A stretch of DNA of 64,000 nt from Candidatus Zixiibacteriota bacterium (GCA_040752595.1 JBFMGX010000004.1:155440-219439), one strand, 5' to 3'; counted from the stretch's first letter, positions 18,197-28,316 are shown. Numbers and translations are program-made. Notes: a model not told the origin generated them from the sequence alone.

Positions 18197-20728
18197 GTGA
18201 GATCGTCCCGTACAATTGCAGTCAATGTCGCGTCTGCAGTTCTTCTGTGTATCCTTGGCGCGCCCGCGACGGGCGAGCACCTAATCCTGCCGGTCTTTGA
18301 CCTTCGTCTGCACTACGTCGGGGACATTTGGTACGGGGTGCCCAATGACGGGCCGTGCTGGGCTTGCTATCGCGATCAACCTCCGGCACTCTCGCACAAG
18401 GATCGCGACGCTTTGCGGATCGACTGGGATCCATGCTTCGAGTTTCCCGGCCGATCAACTGTCCAATACTTGGAGACCGGCGGCTTGGCAATTGGATGTA
18501 TCCGACATATGGACACGCTGGTCAGTTCCTCAGCACTGGGTTTCTGGACATACGAGTTCATGGCATACGACACGATTCGTGAATCTTCCCGCGTTCCCGG
18601 ATCGCGTTACTATAGCAGTGAGGCCATAAGTGACCAGGAGTACTTCACAACCTTCTATGACACTTCAGTATCATCTCATTCCGGAATCGACTTCATCGAG
18701 AACCGTCGGCACCGGCCGATAGGGCTCGCATTCCACCAAACCAGTCATTCGTGGTCCACCGGATTTGCCAAGCGGTTCATCATCTTTGAGTATTGGATCG
18801 AGAATATCTCCGGCGACACTCTTCATCAATGCGCCGTGGGATTATCTCTCTCCCCATTGGTTGGCTACACGGGCGGTACCTTCGGCGACGGTACCTGTGG
18901 CCTCTTGCGTGAGGTTCCAGGTATAGTTTCGGCGACGGTGGACACGCTCGACGTCGCGTGGGCCGCGGACATAGATGGGAAACCGACTAGGTCGGGATCT
19001 TATTTCGAGCGGTCCCCCACTGCCGTCTTGGGCGTGCGTATCTTACGTGCACCCATGGGTGGCAACTTCAGTTTCAACTGGTGGGGTTCTACGTCGGGGA
19101 CCGATTACGCTTGGGGTCCACGGCGACAGCGAGACCAACTCCGATTCACCCCTTCTCAGGGAATGCCGCTCGGCGATCGTCATCGGTACCGGATGATGAC
19201 AAACGGCGAGATCGATTACGATCAGGTCTACTGTGCCTTGGATCACTACGCGGAAGGATGGTCCCCGAATCTCCCTCAAGATGCCATGCGCGAAATCGCC
19301 CAAGGCACATGGATCTCATTCGTGCTCTCTTACGGCCCCCTACCTGACATCCCGCCTGGCGATTCAATTCCCTTCACCTTCGCCCTGATCGCCGGCGCCA
19401 ACTTCCATACTAATCCCCGCAACTTCGCCGACAACTTCGATCCCATGAATCCCAAGCGCTACCTCGACAATCTCGACTTCACCGATCTGATCCAGAATGC
19501 CTGCTGGGCCGACTGGATATTTGATTTCCCCGGTGTCGACACCGACGGCGATGGATATCGCGGGAAATATCATGTGACCAACTGCAATCCCAGCGGGACG
19601 GTCTGCGACACGGTCTGGTACAAAGGCGATGGCATCCCCGATTGGGCCGGGCCGCAGGCGCCGTCCTCGCCGCCGTTCGAGTTCAGCACCGCGCCGCACA
19701 AGATCACACTCCGCTGGAATGGCGCGATTCCAGAAACGAGCCGGGACCAGCTCTCGCGCAAGCGCGACTGGGAGGGATACCGGGTCTACTCGTCGCGCTT
19801 CGACGTCGATGACAAATACGAACTGATCGCCAGTTGGGATAAACCGGACGACTTCACCCGATGGGCCTACCAGTCCAAGACCAACGACTGGAAACAGGTC
19901 TCCTATCCGTTGACTGTGGACCAATGGCGCGCCGTCATGGACGATCCGGAATTCGATCCTCTGGACCATTCACATCCGTCCTTCGAATCCGCCTACCGCG
20001 ACACGATCATCGACACCGTGGTCGACGTGCACGGGACCATCATCGAGATCGTCCCACGGCTGCGCTACTCGTATTGGATACCGGAGAACGCCAACCGGGG
20101 GAACCGCTACTGGGGCGCGGACCGTTGGGAGGACAATCTGATCCAGAAGGTCGGCGAGCAGGACACGATCATCGACAGCGATACGCTCAGTTATGGCATC
20201 TACGAGATGACGCTCGACAATCTGAACGCCGCCATCCCTTTGTACTTCGCCATCACCGCTTATGACTATGGCGACTATGTTCGCAATGTGACCACGTTGG
20301 AAGGGTCCCCCCACACCAACAGCCAATACTGCCACCTGCTGTACTCCTCCGACGTCGTCATCGATTCGGGTCTGCAGGTCTCGGTCTTTCCCAATCCGTA
20401 CAAGATCCAGTTCAAGGATGCCTTCGGTGACTGGACCAGTTACTATCGTGAGGGGTATGAGGGACCGGGGAAGCCGGTGATGGACGAGCGCGACCGGCGT
20501 ATCTGGTTCATCAATCTCCCCGACACGGCGGAGATCAACATCTACACGCTCGATGGCGACTTGGTCCGCAAGATTCTGCATCCCGATCCGTTCCTGACGA
20601 CGTACCCATCGATCGTCGGCTGGGACCTGATCTCGCGCAACACGCAGGCGGTGGTGTCCGGTATCTACATCTGGCGGGTCGATTCGCGGTTGGGTAGACA
20701 GATCGGCAAGCTAGTGATCATCAAGTAG
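18197..20728 (+). CDS. Large secreted protein with an FN3-like region and a C-terminal T9SS sorting domain (Por_Secre_tail-type)
   Basis: Signal peptide MRSSRTIAVNVASAVLLCILGAPATG. C-terminus VSVFPNPYKIQF...AEINIYTLDGDLVRKIL...SGIYIWRVDS...GKLVIIK matches the T9SS CTD consensus. N-terminal region paralogous to 12263..15097. Confidence 0.75.
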   Translation: MRSSRTIAVNVASAVLLCILGAPATGEHLILPVFDLRLHYVGDIWYGVPNDGPCWACYRDQPPALSHKDRDALRIDWDPCFEFPGRSTVQYLETGGLAIGCIRHMDTLVSSSALGFWTYEFMAYDTIRESSRVPGSRYYSSEAISDQEYFTTFYDTSVSSHSGIDFIENRRHRPIGLAFHQTSHSWSTGFAKRFIIFEYWIENISGDTLHQCAVGLSLSPLVGYTGGTFGDGTCGLLREVPGIVSATVDTLDVAWAADIDGKPTRSGSYFERSPTAVLGVRILRAPMGGNFSFNWWGSTSGTDYAWGPRRQRDQLRFTPSQGMPLGDRHRYRMMTNGEIDYDQVYCALDHYAEGWSPNLPQDAMREIAQGTWISFVLSYGPLPDIPPGDSIPFTFALIAGANFHTNPRNFADNFDPMNPKRYLDNLDFTDLIQNACWADWIFDFPGVDTDGDGYRGKYHVTNCNPSGTVCDTVWYKGDGIPDWAGPQAPSSPPFEFSTAPHKITLRWNGAIPETSRDQLSRKRDWEGYRVYSSRFDVDDKYELIASWDKPDDFTRWAYQSKTNDWKQVSYPLTVDQWRAVMDDPEFDPLDHSHPSFESAYRDTIIDTVVDVHGTIIEIVPRLRYSYWIPENANRGNRYWGADRWEDNLIQKVGEQDTIIDSDTLSYGIYEMTLDNLNAAIPLYFAITAYDYGDYVRNVTTLEGSPHTNSQYCHLLYSSDVVIDSGLQVSVFPNPYKIQFKDAFGDWTSYYREGYEGPGKPVMDERDRRIWFINLPDTAEINIYTLDGDLVRKILHPDPFLTTYPSIVGWDLISRNTQAVVSGIYIWRVDSRLGRQIGKLVIIK

Positions 20729-21012
20729 GGGCACGGCGTGCCGTGCCCGCATCCGCGATCAAAGATCGCGGGCACACGCATTCGCACGTAGGGCGGGCTC
20801 TGCCCGCCCGCAAGGGGCTGAAGCCCCTTGTCCTCGGTTGTTGCGTCGAATGACGGAAGCCGCGATCAAAGATCGCGGGCACGCGTTCATGTGTCTCGTA
20901 GGGTGGGCTCCGCCCACCTTCCAAAGGGTTGAAGCCCCTTGCCTCAACGCGAACGACGCGCTTCCACTGGGACTTCACATCTCGAGGACAAGGGGTTTCA
21001 AGCCCTTGTTCC
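20725..21012. repeat. Dense cluster of at least 7 REP-like hairpins from families 1, 3 and 4 plus GCGATCaaaGATCGC x2
   Basis: GTAGGGGCACGGCGTGCCGTGCCC (20725-48, overlapping the stop codon); GCGATCAAAGATCGCGGGCAC at 20764 and 20870; GTAGGGCGGGCTCTGCCCGCCC + CAAGGGGCTGAAGCCCCTTG (20788-20830); GTAGGGTGGGCTCCGCCCACC + AAGGGTTGAAGCCCCTT (20898-20940); GACAAGGGGTTTCAAGCCCTTGTTCC (20987-21012). Confidence 0.6.
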
Positions 21013-21054
21013 CCCCGGCGAAGCACGGACATTCCGAGGCGGCCACGCACCATA

Positions 21055-21086
21055 CAACAAAATGAAGAACGGCCCCATCGGGGGCC
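21055..21086 (-). terminator. Intrinsic terminator of ctpA (hairpin plus U-tract on the minus strand)
   Basis: GGCCCC-atcg-GGGGCC hairpin (21071-86). On the minus strand it is followed by uucuucauuuuguug (complement of 21055-70). 30 nt downstream of the ctpA stop. Confidence 0.5.
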
Positions 21087-21116
21087 GTCTTCACATGTGA
21101 AAACTCGTGCGGTCGG

Positions 21117-22892
21117 TCAGCTCTTCCGATCGCCCGCCAGCAGATGCCGGTACTCGTCCTTGGACGTGAGGATCTCGCGCGCCCTCTGCACGTACTGGTC
21201 TTCCCGCAACACATATCCCTCATAGTACCCGCGTTCCCCGTACAGCTTGTTGAGAACCGCACGCCGAATCTCGCCCTTCAGGAGGTCCTGGCTTTCGTCA
21301 AATGCCAGCTCCTTCTCGCGGGCCACCAGTTCACGCATCTGCGCGAGCGTGGGTTCATAGATCGCCTGGCGGGCCGGATCATCCTTCAGATCGGCCGTGA
21401 TCTTGTCGAGCTCGACTTCGGTCTCCGTCTTGAAGTCGAACTTATCGTCCCGCAGGTACTGCCGGAAGGCCTCGAGAACGGCATCGTCCGCCACGAAGTC
21501 CATCGACGCATTCGGGTGCGTCGCGGTGTAGTGGACGGCGAAGTTGAAGAACTTTCCCTGACGCCACAGGTCGATCTCCAGCGGTTTGGACAACTGCCGC
21601 TCGACCAGCACGTCGGGGACAACGCCGCCGCCGCCGAACACCTTGCGCCCCTTGTTCGTGTAGTACACCTCCGCATCGGAACGCGGCTTGTCGACCAACG
21701 AGTCGTCGTCGGCTTCCTCTTTGGTGCCGGGGTGTTTGGTGGCGCGGCTCGGCTTCTGAATGGAACGCCCCGACGGAATATAGTAGCGCGCCGTCGTCAA
21801 CTTGAGAGCCACGTCGTCGGTTTCCGGGAGCCGGAACACCTGTTGCACGAGTCCCTTGCCGAACGTCGTATTCCCGACAATCAACCCACGGTCCCAGTCC
21901 TGAATCGCGCCGGAAACGATCTCGCTGGCGGAGGCCGTCCCCTCGTCCACAAGCACGACCAACGGCAGGTCGGGGAGGACCGGGTCTTCGGAGGAAAAGT
22001 ACTTGTGCTGCGATTCCGGATCGCGCCCCTGCGTGTAGACGATCAGCTTGTCCTTCGCCAGGAAGAGATTCGAAGTCTTGACCGCCTGATCGAGCAACCC
22101 GCCGCCGTTGTAGCGCAGATCGAAGATCAGACTCCTGGCCCCCTGGTTCTTCAGGTCGGTGAGCGCCTCCCGCAGCTCCTGGTCCGTCGTCTCCGAGAAC
22201 TTGTTGAGCCGCAAATAGCCGATCTTGTTCTGCTCGTCGGCCATGCCGTAGTACGGCACCGACTTCAACTCGATCACGGCGCGGTCGACCGTGTAGTCCA
22301 AGGGCTCATGCAGACCGGCGCGGACGATCGTCAGTACGACCTTCGTGCCCGCCGGTCCCCGCATCAATTTGGCCGCCTGCTCGGTCGTCATGCCGAAGGT
22401 CGGCTTGCCGTCGATGGCGACAATCCGGTCGCCCGCCTGCAGTCCGACACGCTGCGCCGGCGTCCCCTCGATCGGGGCGATGATTGTGATCGTGTCCTCG
22501 CGCCGGTCGATCTGCATCCCCAGACCCTCGTACTTCCCGTGCGTGGACTCCATCAACTGATCGTAATTCCGCTGTTCCATCAGTACGGAAAATGGGTCCA
22601 GGACGTCCAGCATGCCGCGAATGCCGGCATAGACCATGTCCTTGGTGTTGACCGTGTCCATGTAGTTCGACTGGATGCGGAAGGAGATGTCGTTCAAGAG
22701 ACGTGTGTACTTGTACAGCGTCTCCCGCATCAGATTGCGGCTGCGGTCGGTGTCCACCGTGCCGCCATCGGTCTGGGCCCAGACCGCCTCGCGGTGGGGG
22801 GTCGCCTCACCCGATCCCACAATCCAGATCGTCGCCGCCGCCGCCACGGCCAGAAACAGCGTGTACAACCGGAAACGTCGCTCGTTATTCAT
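21117..22892 (-). CDS. ctpA: Carboxyl-terminal processing (tail-specific) protease, peptidase S41
   Basis: N-terminal TM/signal, then a PDZ domain (GLQAGDRIVAIDGKPTFGMTTEQAAKLMRGPAGTKVVLTIVR) and the S41 catalytic region (LVVLVDEGTASASEIVSGAIQDWDRGLIVGNTTFGKGLVQ). Confidence 0.9.
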   Translation of the reverse strand: MNNERRFRLYTLFLAVAAAATIWIVGSGEATPHREAVWAQTDGGTVDTDRSRNLMRETLYKYTRLLNDISFRIQSNYMDTVNTKDMVYAGIRGMLDVLDPFSVLMEQRNYDQLMESTHGKYEGLGMQIDRREDTITIIAPIEGTPAQRVGLQAGDRIVAIDGKPTFGMTTEQAAKLMRGPAGTKVVLTIVRAGLHEPLDYTVDRAVIELKSVPYYGMADEQNKIGYLRLNKFSETTDQELREALTDLKNQGARSLIFDLRYNGGGLLDQAVKTSNLFLAKDKLIVYTQGRDPESQHKYFSSEDPVLPDLPLVVLVDEGTASASEIVSGAIQDWDRGLIVGNTTFGKGLVQQVFRLPETDDVALKLTTARYYIPSGRSIQKPSRATKHPGTKEEADDDSLVDKPRSDAEVYYTNKGRKVFGGGGVVPDVLVERQLSKPLEIDLWRQGKFFNFAVHYTATHPNASMDFVADDAVLEAFRQYLRDDKFDFKTETEVELDKITADLKDDPARQAIYEPTLAQMRELVAREKELAFDESQDLLKGEIRRAVLNKLYGERGYYEGYVLREDQYVQRAREILTSKDEYRHLLAGDRKS

Positions 22893-23228
22893 GGCTCATC
22901 CTGTCGGTTTGATCATCGCCGCGTCCGTCACCGCGCGGCACCTTCTTGTACGATGCATCCGTGGATCGTGTTTTGCAACAATTGTTCTCCCCGTTGCACA
23001 TACGGGCCGTTTTTGGGCCGTTGTCCCGCTTCCGGGACCCAAGAACGCAAGTACGCTGCCGCTCAGTGCTGGCCGTCAAGGCATGACCTTTTCGCGAGAA
23101 CCGCAACTGGGTTCCGAGTCCATCCTACACCCGTTCTGCCGTCATGTTCCTGAACCTGTTACAGGAAAATCACCCGACAGAAGCGGTCGCACGTGACTAG
23201 AGTCGGTTTCATAGCCCAAATGAGTTGA

Positions 23229-23301
23229 TGTGCCACGGGTCTTCAGACCCGTGCCGCTTCCCTCCACCCTTGGGAGTTCACGGGTCTAAAGACCCGTGGC
23301 A
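23229..23301. repeat. Two adjacent family-2 palindromes (GTGCCACGGGTCTTCAGACCCGTGCC and GTTCACGGGTCTAAAGACCCGTGGCAC)
   Basis: Same hairpin core CACGGGTCT..AGACCCGTG as at 5254 and 9360. Lies in the spacer between ctpA and the TPR membrane gene. Confidence 0.6.
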
Positions 23302-23361
23302 CCAACAACTCATGTCTCGCACGAAGTTCTGAAACCCATTGTAAGGCGGGGAAACGCAGTG

Positions 23362-25740
23362 CTATGGCTCCAGGAACTTGCGGAAATAGGGCTGGCCGGA
23401 GTCGGCAGGGGAACGACGCAGGTACTCCCGCGTCGCGGCGACTGCGGCGGCACGGTCACCGGCGTCATCCGCCAGATACACCAGTTCCATCCACGGCAGG
23501 GCCAGAGTCGTGTCCAGTCGAGCCGCCCTCTGCGCCAACTCACGCGCCCTGTTCGGCTGCCCCAGGTGTCGGTGGGTCATGGCCAGATAGTAGATCGCCA
23601 GAGCGTCGTCCGGCGCGTGCTTCAACGCCCGCGTCAATGCGGCATTGGCAGAATCGTACTGGCTGAGCATGACGTAGGAGGTGCCCAGAATGAACGAAGC
23701 GCGGGCATGCGCGGGGAAGTTCGCCTCCCACAACCGGGCCGCTGCCGCCGTGCGCTCTCGGTCCCTGCTCTGCTGGCATAATGCCACGAGGCGCACATAG
23801 ACCTCCTCTTCGTCGGGATGGCGATCGACGGCTTCCTGGTAGTACCGTAATGCTGCGGCCGTGTCCCCGGCCGCTATGGCACCACGAGCGCGGATGTAAT
23901 AGGCCTCGAAATGACCCGGCCAGCGCCGCGATGTCTCCGCCGCCATCGTGTCAGCTTTCTCCAACATTCCGAGCCGCTGATACGCTTGTGACAGAAGGGT
24001 GCGCGACTGCAGTGACGTGTCCGATAGATTCAGGGCCCTCTCGAACATGTCTCGTGTGCGCTCTGGCTGGTCAAGCCGCGCTCCCAAAAGCCCCAACGCT
24101 TTACAAATCGAAAGATCGGTGCTGTCCAGTCGCATGGCCCGCTCGTATGCGGTCACGGCGCTGTCATATCGTCCGAGGTGCTCGTACGTAGCCCCGAGGT
24201 TCTTCCACGACATGACATCGTCGGGCGTGTACTCGGCGCGGCGACGGAAATGCTCAGCGGCGATGTCCCAACGTCCCTGCTTCTTGGCCATCAGGAATCC
24301 CCACGACACCAGCCGCATACCCCGGTAAAACCCCCCTGAGTAATGCATGTCCTGCCGCACGAGGCGGTCAACGCGCAGCGCGGCTCTCGTCTCGTTCTGA
24401 AGCGCGAAGATAAAGGGAGCCACATGGGCAACGGCCAACGCGGCCACCGGCACCCAACGCCAGGAAAGAGTCGCACGGGATCGGCCCAGTATCACCGTCC
24501 CCGCCCACAGCGACATCGGGATGCCGAATCCCGCCAGCAGATCCCAATCCCGAAACGCTCCCAAGAGTGGATCGACCCAGAATGCGAAGTACCACAGTGC
24601 GACGACCGCCACGGCCAGGACGCCGCTGCCGGTTTGCGGTGTGATGGCTCGGGATTCCGGCCGTGACGGCGTGTCGACCCTCTGTGTCAGCCAGAGTATC
24701 AAGCCCAGCGCGCCGACAGGGGCCACCAGCAGTATCTGATTGAGCGCATCGAGGAGATGAGGTAGCGACAACGCGGTGTAGGCCGAGTCGGGCGTGCTCC
24801 AGAGGGGGACTGTCACGGCATGGCCGGTCAGGTGCATGAGGATGCTCCCCAAGGCACAGATCGCGAAACCCACCGCGAAGCGGACGCCTGCCATCTGTCG
24901 GGTCAGCGGCGCAGCCGCCAGTCGGCGTAGGCGCCATGTCGCCCAGGCCAGCGGGAGGGCCAAGGGCAATGCCTGAAGATGAAAGGCGCAGGCCAAAGCC
25001 CATAGTGCCCAGGCCAGCCACATCCGTCGCGGTCGCTTCTGCGACTCAATCGCGAACACCAGCGCCCACAGTCCGGCGGCGTTGGTGAGCGAGTATGCTT
25101 CGACGTAGCTGAACCAGAGCGCGACGGACCCGCTGGCCAAAGCCGAGGCGACGAGCAGCCGCCTCGCCGGATGTCCGGCGGCGACCGCGGCTGCCATGCG
25201 CACGATCGCCCACAGCATGAACACTCCGGCCAGAGCGCTGATGATTCCATAGGTCAATTCCACCGAGCCGCCGAACGGCATGACCAGAGCTCGGTGGAAG
25301 GCCCAGTGCGTGACCAAATCGAGCCACATGACCATCAATTGCGACCCGAGTTGTGGCAGTTTCCCGCCCGCCAAGTATCCGGGAAACGAGTAACCGTCAC
25401 CGTAGGCCAGGCCCCGCGAACGAAAGACCAGGAAGAGCGCGACCAACCCCGCGGCCAGCAGCACTCCTCCCCATCGTCCCACGCGTATGCGTATCTGTGT
25501 GACGCTGGCATCAACGGACCGCGCCACCGGAGCGAGCATGGCGGCACCGACCAATACCACGAGCAACCACCGGACAGACACAGGAACTTCCGACCAGTAG
25601 TCCAGGCCCCAGGTTCTGATTCCCGGTATTCCTGCCGCGATCAAATGCCAGAGCGTCAGTACGCCGATTCCGAACAACATGAATTCCGTCGTTCGATCAT
25701 TCCGGGGCTGCGACGCGCTCTTCGTACTTGTCTTGATCAT
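23362..25740 (-). CDS. Polytopic membrane protein (about 11 TM helices) with a C-terminal TPR-repeat domain
   Basis: N-terminal two thirds is highly hydrophobic with many predicted helices. C-terminal third has canonical TPR units (WKNLGATYEHLGRYDSAVTAYERAMRLD..., AYQRLGMLEKADTMAAETSRRWPGH..., AIAAGDTAAALRYYQEAVDRHPDE...). Start at ATG 25740 (MIKTSTKS) is preferred over the ORF-track start. Confidence 0.65.
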   Translation of the reverse strand: MIKTSTKSASQPRNDRTTEFMLFGIGVLTLWHLIAAGIPGIRTWGLDYWSEVPVSVRWLLVVLVGAAMLAPVARSVDASVTQIRIRVGRWGGVLLAAGLVALFLVFRSRGLAYGDGYSFPGYLAGGKLPQLGSQLMVMWLDLVTHWAFHRALVMPFGGSVELTYGIISALAGVFMLWAIVRMAAAVAAGHPARRLLVASALASGSVALWFSYVEAYSLTNAAGLWALVFAIESQKRPRRMWLAWALWALACAFHLQALPLALPLAWATWRLRRLAAAPLTRQMAGVRFAVGFAICALGSILMHLTGHAVTVPLWSTPDSAYTALSLPHLLDALNQILLVAPVGALGLILWLTQRVDTPSRPESRAITPQTGSGVLAVAVVALWYFAFWVDPLLGAFRDWDLLAGFGIPMSLWAGTVILGRSRATLSWRWVPVAALAVAHVAPFIFALQNETRAALRVDRLVRQDMHYSGGFYRGMRLVSWGFLMAKKQGRWDIAAEHFRRRAEYTPDDVMSWKNLGATYEHLGRYDSAVTAYERAMRLDSTDLSICKALGLLGARLDQPERTRDMFERALNLSDTSLQSRTLLSQAYQRLGMLEKADTMAAETSRRWPGHFEAYYIRARGAIAAGDTAAALRYYQEAVDRHPDEEEVYVRLVALCQQSRDRERTAAAARLWEANFPAHARASFILGTSYVMLSQYDSANAALTRALKHAPDDALAIYYLAMTHRHLGQPNRARELAQRAARLDTTLALPWMELVYLADDAGDRAAAVAATREYLRRSPADSGQPYFRKFLEP

Positions 25741-25887
25741 ACGCTGACCGCAGGGCAAATCCCAAGCGAACGCGAAGGTACATTTGGGTGCCCAGGATCA
25801 CAACAGACAATGGCGTTCCAAGCCATGTAGAGAAAGAGGGTCGCGCAGCCGCGGCCCTCCTGTGGGAATTTCCGGAACTCTACGCGG

Positions 25888-28263
25888 TTATGGGCAAACC
25901 GGGGCGGTGCCCCCGCGGAAGACATGCTCGATCAGACGAATGACATCCTGTAGGGAGTACTGGCCGTCACAGTTTGTGTCGACCAGGAATGCCCGCGGCG
26001 GCAGGGGATTGCCCCGGAAGACGATCCCCACTTCCGCGACCACGTCCGTGACGTTCAACAGGCCGTCATAGTTCAGGTCCCCCCGTGCGACATCGATGCT
26101 CAACGAGCCGGGGTAGAAGACGGGCTGGTAGGACAGTACGGGTGACTGAAACTGGAATGCATACGTGCCCAGGAGCGTGGCGGTGTCGATCACAACCGGC
26201 AGGTCGGGATCGGCGCCGGGGACCGTGGTCATCCACAAACGCAGAATCGGGCCGCTGCCGGGGGGCAACGGTGCGCTGCCGCCGCCATTGTCGGCGCGCA
26301 GGCGCACCGCCATCTGGCCATTGAAGCGGTTGTCATAATCGAAGTGGAAATACTCGAAGTATGACGTGCGACACCCGCTGGTGACGACCGAATCGATGTT
26401 CGCGGTCGCCGGGATATTGGTCGCGATGAAGGGGAAGATCAGTTCCGTCACCGGCTGGAAGTTGGTGGCCGACAACTCCACCATCACCGCTTGCCCCGGC
26501 CCGGCCGGAACCGAGGCATTGGCCGTGACCACCGTCTCGGCCAGCGCGGTCACATAGTTGGTCTTGATCTTGAACCCCTGACCGATCACCGTCTGCGTGC
26601 GCAGCGACACTTCGTATAGACCGCCTCCGTACACATGGACCGGATTCTGGGTGAATGCCGAATCACCGTCGCCGAAGTCCCACGTCCATCCGGTGGCCGG
26701 TGTCTTGGAACTGTCATTGAACTGCACCGTCAGCGGCGCCTCTCCGATCAGAGGGGCGGCGTCGAAGTTGGTCGACGCGAGGTTGGCCACGGCGTTCGCC
26801 GCGTTGATCCGTCCCGAGCCGAGCAGGCCGGCGTACCCGGGATTCAGCGCGTCGATGTCGTCGGCGGTGTTGATGATGATGTCGAACGCTTCCTGTCGCG
26901 TCAGCAGAGGATTCAAAGTCCGGATCAGTCCGACCAATCCGACCACGTGAGGCGCCGCCATCGACGTCCCGCCGTAGGTGGCATAGGACGGCGAGTAGTG
27001 ATTCGATACGGTGCTGCGAATGGAGGAACCGGGGGCCGATACGTCCACCAACGGACTGTAGTTGGAGAAGCTCGACTTCTGGTCGCCCTGGTTGGTGGAG
27101 GCGACGCAGAGGACGTCGTTGCGCGACTGCAGATACCCGAGCGATTGGCTGTTTTCGTTTCCCGCCGCCGCGGAAATGACCAATCCATGGGCGACCGCGT
27201 AGTCGGTGGCCGCCTCGATTCCGCCCCCCGACGATGAGCCGAAACTGTAGTTGATCGCCACCGCGCCGTTGTCCGCGGCGTAGCGGAACGCTTGCGCCAC
27301 ATAGTCCATGTGCGTGCGCCCGTTCTCGACGCCGCCGTCATTGAACGAGTATCCCATCCGCAGGCACATGATCTTGCACCCCGGCTCGGTGGCCGGTCCG
27401 AAGCCGCCCGCGATCCCGGCGACGCCCTTGCCGTTGTTGGTCACCGCCGCGATCGTCCCGGACGTGTGCGTGCCATGACCGTTGAAATCCTTCGGATCGT
27501 TGTCCTGAACTGATCCATCCTCACCCGGCCAAACCGCGCTCCCACCGGAAACAAAGTCCCACCCGATCAGATCATCGACATACCCATTCCCGTCATCATC
27601 GATCCCGTTTATGTCGGAGGCATCCATCACCACGCCGTCGGAATCGAGATCCTCCCCCGGATTGACCCAGATATTGTCGTAGAGGTCCTCATGGTTCCAT
27701 TGCACACCGGTGTCGGTGTCGGCGAGAATGACCCCCCCGCCCACCGTGTTGTCCCAGGCCTCCGTGGCGTCGATGTCGTGGTCATTGAACTGCTGCAGGT
27801 CCCATTGCTGACTGAACTGCGGGTCGTTGGGTGAGCGCATGATGTAGGCATAGAAATCGTACTCGACCTTGGCGACACGGGGGTCGCTCTGGTATTCGGC
27901 GGCGGCCCGATCGAGATCGACACTCTCATCAAACTCGAGCACATACCAGCCGCTCAGATCGGGGGCATTATGCGGTGCCTTCGTTGGCTGGGCGCCGGGG
28001 AAGAGGGCACGGTAGTTCTGCAGATCAAACTTCAGGTTCAGCTCGTCCACGCCGGGAATCCCCATCACCGCACCGGTGGGATGGGCTTTGAGATCGTTGG
28101 GCTTCACTCCGGGTTCCAAGTTCACGACCAGGACACCGGGGATTCTCTCCACCTGCGCCGGATGGGCCGGCAGGCCCGCAATGACCATGGCCGATGCGAT
28201 GCCAGGGACAAAAAGGCAGTACACCGCGCCGCAAGCCAGACTGCGAATCACTCGCTTCAACAT
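25888..28263 (-). CDS. Subtilisin-like serine peptidase (S8) with a PKD domain and a C-terminal dockerin-like domain
   Basis: Signal peptide MLKRVIRSLACGAVYCLFVPGIASA. Catalytic motifs DTGV (Asp), HGTHTSGTIAA (His), GTSMAAPHVVGL (Ser). PKD-like segment PLTVQFNDSS...WTWDFGDGDSAFTQNPVHVY. C-terminal dockerin repeats DLNYDGLLNVTDVVAEV and DTNCDGQYSLQDVIRLIEHV. Confidence 0.85.
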   Translation of the reverse strand: MLKRVIRSLACGAVYCLFVPGIASAMVIAGLPAHPAQVERIPGVLVVNLEPGVKPNDLKAHPTGAVMGIPGVDELNLKFDLQNYRALFPGAQPTKAPHNAPDLSGWYVLEFDESVDLDRAAAEYQSDPRVAKVEYDFYAYIMRSPNDPQFSQQWDLQQFNDHDIDATEAWDNTVGGGVILADTDTGVQWNHEDLYDNIWVNPGEDLDSDGVVMDASDINGIDDDGNGYVDDLIGWDFVSGGSAVWPGEDGSVQDNDPKDFNGHGTHTSGTIAAVTNNGKGVAGIAGGFGPATEPGCKIMCLRMGYSFNDGGVENGRTHMDYVAQAFRYAADNGAVAINYSFGSSSGGGIEAATDYAVAHGLVISAAAGNENSQSLGYLQSRNDVLCVASTNQGDQKSSFSNYSPLVDVSAPGSSIRSTVSNHYSPSYATYGGTSMAAPHVVGLVGLIRTLNPLLTRQEAFDIIINTADDIDALNPGYAGLLGSGRINAANAVANLASTNFDAAPLIGEAPLTVQFNDSSKTPATGWTWDFGDGDSAFTQNPVHVYGGGLYEVSLRTQTVIGQGFKIKTNYVTALAETVVTANASVPAGPGQAVMVELSATNFQPVTELIFPFIATNIPATANIDSVVTSGCRTSYFEYFHFDYDNRFNGQMAVRLRADNGGGSAPLPPGSGPILRLWMTTVPGADPDLPVVIDTATLLGTYAFQFQSPVLSYQPVFYPGSLSIDVARGDLNYDGLLNVTDVVAEVGIVFRGNPLPPRAFLVDTNCDGQYSLQDVIRLIEHVFRGGTAPVCP

Positions 28264-28316
28264 CTTGATCCCCTCACGTGAGTGACTTCAGTTCGATCCC
28301 TGGTTCTGCCTGACAC

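Noticed and set aside
21144-23153. 669-aa ORF on the plus strand, opposite ctpA
   Set aside because: It is antisense to a gene with unmistakable S41/PDZ homology. Its Arg/Val/Leu-rich, low-complexity translation is typical of stop-poor antisense frames in about 66% GC DNA. No motif or RBS supports it.
25171-25830. 219-aa plus-strand ORF inside the TPR membrane protein gene region
   Set aside because: Antisense to a long ORF with coherent TM and TPR architecture. It is His/Arg/Gln-rich with low complexity.
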